A stretch of 11,134 bases of DNA from Archangium sp. (GTDB lineage: Bacteria > Myxococcota > Myxococcia > Myxococcales > Myxococcaceae): positions 1 through 11,134 of the forward strand of contig JANLPS010000450.1 of assembly GCA_031367385.1 (NCBI GenBank), read 5' to 3'. The notes under the pieces are model-generated. The model did not search any database and had not been told where the DNA came from. It was given only the letters and a program-made list of their open reading frames with translations. Position 1 is the first letter of the stretch, and each line of letters starts with the position of its first letter. Shown here in pieces: positions 6,052 through 11,134 of this stretch. A program made the translations under genes and the position numbers.

Positions 6052-7823
6052 TACCGACGGTCCTCGAGAATGGAGCGCAACCCGCCCACGATGTCGGCCG
6101 CCGCCCCTTCTCGTTCGAGCTGCACCAGCGCGGCCTCGGCGCTGGGCAATGGCCCTTTGATCACCAGCCACGCGAGCGCGGCGGTGCGATCTGCAGCTGC
6201 GGCATCTGCCGACGTCAACACCAGCTCGTACTGGGCTTGCGCGTGGCCCAAGGCCCCCAACCCATCGAAGACCTTCGCCTTCTGCATCGGAGTGCGCGCC
6301 GCCGCCCACCCGTCGCTGGCTTCGCGAATCGCCGTGGCGAGCTGGGTCAGGGGCTCATCTCGGCCGTACTGCGCTTCGAGAACGGTGAAGGCGGCGCGGG
6401 CTCCTTCGAAGTCGAGGGCCCTCGCCAAGAACAACGCCCGGTCAAAGGCGACTCGCTTCTTCTTGGTGTCGAGCGTGTCGAGCATCGCGATGGCCTCGGC
6501 GTCGTCTCCACGAATGCTCAGGCACACCGCAACGCCGAGCTCAATCGAGTCGCGGAGCACCCGGGGGTTTCGCGCCAACAGCGCACGAAATTCAGCCAAG
6601 GCGTCGTCGACCCGGTGTACTTCGAGCAGCGCGTCAGCGTAGCCATTGCGCGGGCCCAGGTTCTCAGGCGACGCCTGAGCGATGGTGTGCCGCCAGAACC
6701 CGAGCTGACTGGCCCACTCGCGGTTTCGCAGCCAAGTCACCGGAGCGAACGACACGGCCAACGCCGCCACCCCCGCCAGCAGCGCCTTGAGCTCGAGCTT
6801 CGGGGCCAGCAGGCACGCCCCCAGCGCGACCGGCAGGTAGAGAAACCGATCACTGGTCACGGTCAGATACCCGAGCTGCGGTATTGCGACCGAGAGCATG
6901 GCGACCAGCACTCCCAGCCACAGCCAGGCGCTGCGCGAGATCAGCGCGATCGACGCGAGCAGAAAAATGACGGCCAGGCCCATCGCCCACCCGTCGTGGC
7001 TCGTGACCAGCCCGTATTGCGCGTTTGGAAACCACGGGGTCAGGCCCAGAAACACCAGGTGCCCCAGCGCGTTGAGGGCCGAGGGCAGATCATTGAAGGT
7101 CGCGGCGCGTGTCGCCGTGCCCGATTGAGAGCGCAGAACCATGAAGGCTGCCAGCGCGACGACCAGAGGCACTGCCGCGAGCGCCTCGCGCTTCAGGCTC
7201 GTGGCTTTCGAAAGCACCCGGCCCACGCTCTGGCCCGCGATGACGACAAAGATGGCCAGGGTCACCTCTTTGCAAAACAACCCGAGCAGCAACGCCACCC
7301 CGACCGCCAGCCGGCGCCCCACCTCACCCGGCTTTCGCAGCTCGAGCCACAGCGCGAGCAACCCGAAAAAGGTCGCCAGCACGTCGGTGCGCCCAACCAC
7401 CCAGATCACCGACTCCGTCAGGCGTGGGTACAGGCCAAAGAACAGGGTCGCCGCGCCCGCGCCCAACGGCTTCGCACCCAGCTGCAGTGCCACGGCGAAG
7501 ACCAGCACCGCCACGCCGAGGTGCGCAAAGAGGTTGGTCAGGTGAAAAGCGACTGGAGAGCCTCCGCCCAGCGCCCAATCGACCGCGAAGCTCAGCGCGA
7601 CCAGGGGGCGAAAGTAGCCCTGGCTGGTGCCCTCGGAGAACGGGTGCGCCCAGAACGAGCGGCCGAAGAAGGCGCTGACCGGTGTGAGCTGGTGCGCGGC
7701 CGGGTTGTTCTTGATCAGGGTGTGGTCGTCCCACATGAAGCCGACGTCGACCGCGTTCGAATACGCGGCCGCGATGGTCAACAGACTCAACGCCAGCACC
7801 AGGCTGGGTCTCGGGCCACGCAT
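6051..7823 (-). CDS. Multi-pass membrane protein with C-terminal TPR-like helices; TMTC-like GT-C glycosyltransferase
   Basis: WDD after TM1, YFRPL, FHLTNL, P.LTESVIWVVGRTD, CKE, SDRFLYLP, RNREW, then Ala-rich TPR-like repeats. Confidence 0.75.
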   Translation of the reverse strand: MRGPRPSLVLALSLLTIAAAYSNAVDVGFMWDDHTLIKNNPAAHQLTPVSAFFGRSFWAHPFSEGTSQGYFRPLVALSFAVDWALGGGSPVAFHLTNLFAHLGVAVLVFAVALQLGAKPLGAGAATLFFGLYPRLTESVIWVVGRTDVLATFFGLLALWLELRKPGEVGRRLAVGVALLLGLFCKEVTLAIFVVIAGQSVGRVLSKATSLKREALAAVPLVVALAAFMVLRSQSGTATRAATFNDLPSALNALGHLVFLGLTPWFPNAQYGLVTSHDGWAMGLAVIFLLASIALISRSAWLWLGVLVAMLSVAIPQLGYLTVTSDRFLYLPVALGACLLAPKLELKALLAGVAALAVSFAPVTWLRNREWASQLGFWRHTIAQASPENLGPRNGYADALLEVHRVDDALAEFRALLARNPRVLRDSIELGVAVCLSIRGDDAEAIAMLDTLDTKKKRVAFDRALFLARALDFEGARAAFTVLEAQYGRDEPLTQLATAIREASDGWAAARTPMQKAKVFDGLGALGHAQAQYELVLTSADAAAADRTAALAWLVIKGPLPSAEAALVQLEREGAAADIVGGLRSILEDRR

Positions 7824-7887
7824 TGCCAGGGCCTTCTACCAGACGAGGAGGCGCACCGTGCTCGCACTTCGTGTATAGGCCCGCGCC
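7824..7887. promoter_or_regulatory. Divergent promoter region with -10-like hexamers close to both start codons
   Basis: TATAGG 7874-7879 lies 8 nt before ATG 7888 (+); TGG-TAGAAG (hexamer 7838-7833) lies 9 nt before ATG 7823 (-). No SD near either start. Confidence 0.4.
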
Positions 7888-9492
<1,605 letters not shown>

Positions 9493-9517
9493 GCCTCAGT
9501 GACCGGCGCGCATTGCC

Positions 9518-9533
9518 TGCTAGAACCTCGGGC
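9518..9533 (+). promoter_or_regulatory. Putative extended -10 element TGC-TAGAAC 7 nt before the pepF ATG; likely leaderless
   Basis: tgctagaacctcgggc-ATG; no SD. Confidence 0.45.
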
Positions 9534-11134
9534 ATGACCGCCCGACCCACGTCACGAAACCGCAAAGACATCGCCCCCGAGTTCAGATGGGACTTCAGCG
9601 CCATCTACCCCAGCTGGGACGCCTGGGAGACCGCGCTCGGCTCGATGGAGCAGAAGATGGACGTCTTCGCCGGCCTCAAGGGCACCCTGTCGAAGGGGGC
9701 GAGCGCGCTGCTCAAGGCCTACGAGGCGTTCGACGAGATCGGCAAGCTCCAGTACCTGGTGTATCGGTACGTGCAGCTGCAGCGCGACGTCGACATGCAA
9801 GACCAGACCATGGCGGGTCGGCTGCAGCGGGTGAGCGCGATCTTCGCCAAGTTCGACACCGCCACCGCCTGGTTCATGCCTGAGCTGCTCGCCCTGCCCC
9901 AGGCCACCAGCGAAGAATGGGTCGCCAAGACCCCGGCGCTGGCCCCCTACCGATTTCCCATTCTCGATGCGTATCGCCGCCAAGCGCATGTGCTCAACGA
10001 AGCGGGTGAGCACCTGCTCTCGCTCGCCGGGCAGTTCAGCCGCACGCCGACCGCCGCGTTTCAGGAGCTGTCGACCACCGACATCAAATACCCGACCATC
10101 ACCACCTCAGACGGCAAAGAGGTCACCGTCAGCCCCGCCAGCTATTCGGCGTTTCTCGAGAGCAGCCGCGTGCAGGCCGACCGGGCCAAGGCCGCCGCCG
10201 CACACTTGAATACCTACGGCGCCACCGCGAACACCTACGCCGCGCTCTACAACGGCGTGCTGCAACGCGACTGGTTCTCGGCCCAGGCTCGAAAATTCAG
10301 CAGCACCCTCGAGGCCGCGCTCGACGGCGATGGCGTGCCCACAACCGTGGTGAAGAACCTGATCGCCGCCACGCGCGAAGGCACCAAGCCGCTGCAACGC
10401 TACGTGAAGCTGCGCACCAAGCTGCTCGGGCTGAGCGAGTACCACCCGTACGACGCCTCGGTGCCGGTGTTCAAGAACGAGAAGACCTACCCCTACGTGC
10501 AAGCCCGCGAGCTCGCCATGGCGTCGATCAAGCCCCTCGGCGAAGACTACGGCTCGAAGTACAAGCGCTTCGTCTCGGGTGGCCGCATCGACGTGTACGA
10601 GAGCGAAGGCAAACGATCGGGCGCGTACCAGGCGGGCGTTTACGGCGTTGGCCCCTACCTGCTGCTCAACCACAACGACACCCTCGACTCTGTCTTCACG
10701 CTGGCCCACGAGGCAGGGCACGCGATGCACACCGTGCTCGCGCACGAGACCCAGCCCTTCGCGACCTCGGAGTACACCATCTTCGTCGCAGAGGTGGCGT
10801 CGACGACCAATGAGCGCTTCTTGCTCGAGCACTTGCTGACGCAGGCCCAAGACCCCAAAGAGCGTTTCTTGTTGCTCGAGCAAGCGGTCGACGCGATCGT
10901 CGGCACGTTCTACACCCAGGTGCTGTTCGCCGATTATGAGCTGCAGGCGCACGAGCTCGTCGAGAAGGGCCAACCGGTCACCGCCGAGGTGCTCAACTGC
11001 ATCTACCTGGGGCTGCTCAAGACCTATTACGGCGACGCGGTGACGGTCGACGACTTCTACCGGTGGACGTGGGCGCGCATACCCCACTTCTTCAACTCGC
11101 CATATTACGTGTACCAGTACGCGACCTGCTTCGC
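9534..11134 (+). CDS. pepF: Oligoendopeptidase F (peptidase M3B), 3'-truncated by the window edge
   Basis: Frame from ATG 9534: MTARPTSRNRKDIAPEFRWDFSAIYPSW; GKRSGAY; zinc motif HEAGH at 10707-10721; IFVAEVASTTNE; WARIPHFFNSPYYVYQYA. Absent from the ORF track because there is no stop in the window. Confidence 0.95.
   Translation, partial: MTARPTSRNRKDIAPEFRWDFSAIYPSWDAWETALGSMEQKMDVFAGLKGTLSKGASALLKAYEAFDEIGKLQYLVYRYVQLQRDVDMQDQTMAGRLQRVSAIFAKFDTATAWFMPELLALPQATSEEWVAKTPALAPYRFPILDAYRRQAHVLNEAGEHLLSLAGQFSRTPTAAFQELSTTDIKYPTITTSDGKEVTVSPASYSAFLESSRVQADRAKAAAAHLNTYGATANTYAALYNGVLQRDWFSAQARKFSSTLEAALDGDGVPTTVVKNLIAATREGTKPLQRYVKLRTKLLGLSEYHPYDASVPVFKNEKTYPYVQARELAMASIKPLGEDYGSKYKRFVSGGRIDVYESEGKRSGAYQAGVYGVGPYLLLNHNDTLDSVFTLAHEAGHAMHTVLAHETQPFATSEYTIFVAEVASTTNERFLLEHLLTQAQDPKERFLLLEQAVDAIVGTFYTQVLFADYELQAHELVEKGQPVTAEVLNCIYLGLLKTYYGDAVTVDDFYRWTWARIPHFFNSPYYVYQYATCF

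Overview
A GC-rich bacterial window; the gene set and style suggest Myxococcota (inference). On the minus strand, four tightly packed genes encode a di-heme oxidoreductase-family (DHOR) lipoprotein, an imelysin/EfeO-like lipoprotein, a TrmN/YfiC-like methyltransferase and a YgiD-like dioxygenase, behind an AT-rich Fur-box-like element. Next come a universal stress protein (USP), a DUF1801 protein, a MOSC protein coupled to a TMTC-like GT-C/TPR membrane protein, a YbiT-like ABC-F ATPase and a 3'-truncated oligoendopeptidase F that the ORF track misses. The most striking signal is non-coding. At three separate loci (ygiD-like gene, USP, MOSC/DUF1801 junction) the DNA downstream of a gene end consists of degenerate, indel- and transversion-rich tandem copies of that gene's last ~90-170 bp, with unit boundaries at or near the stop codon. 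The ygiD C-terminus itself appears replaced by such a copy. Several genes also have a -10-like hexamer 7-9 nt before the start codon and no Shine-Dalgarno, suggesting leaderless mRNAs. All alignments and counts were done by hand.
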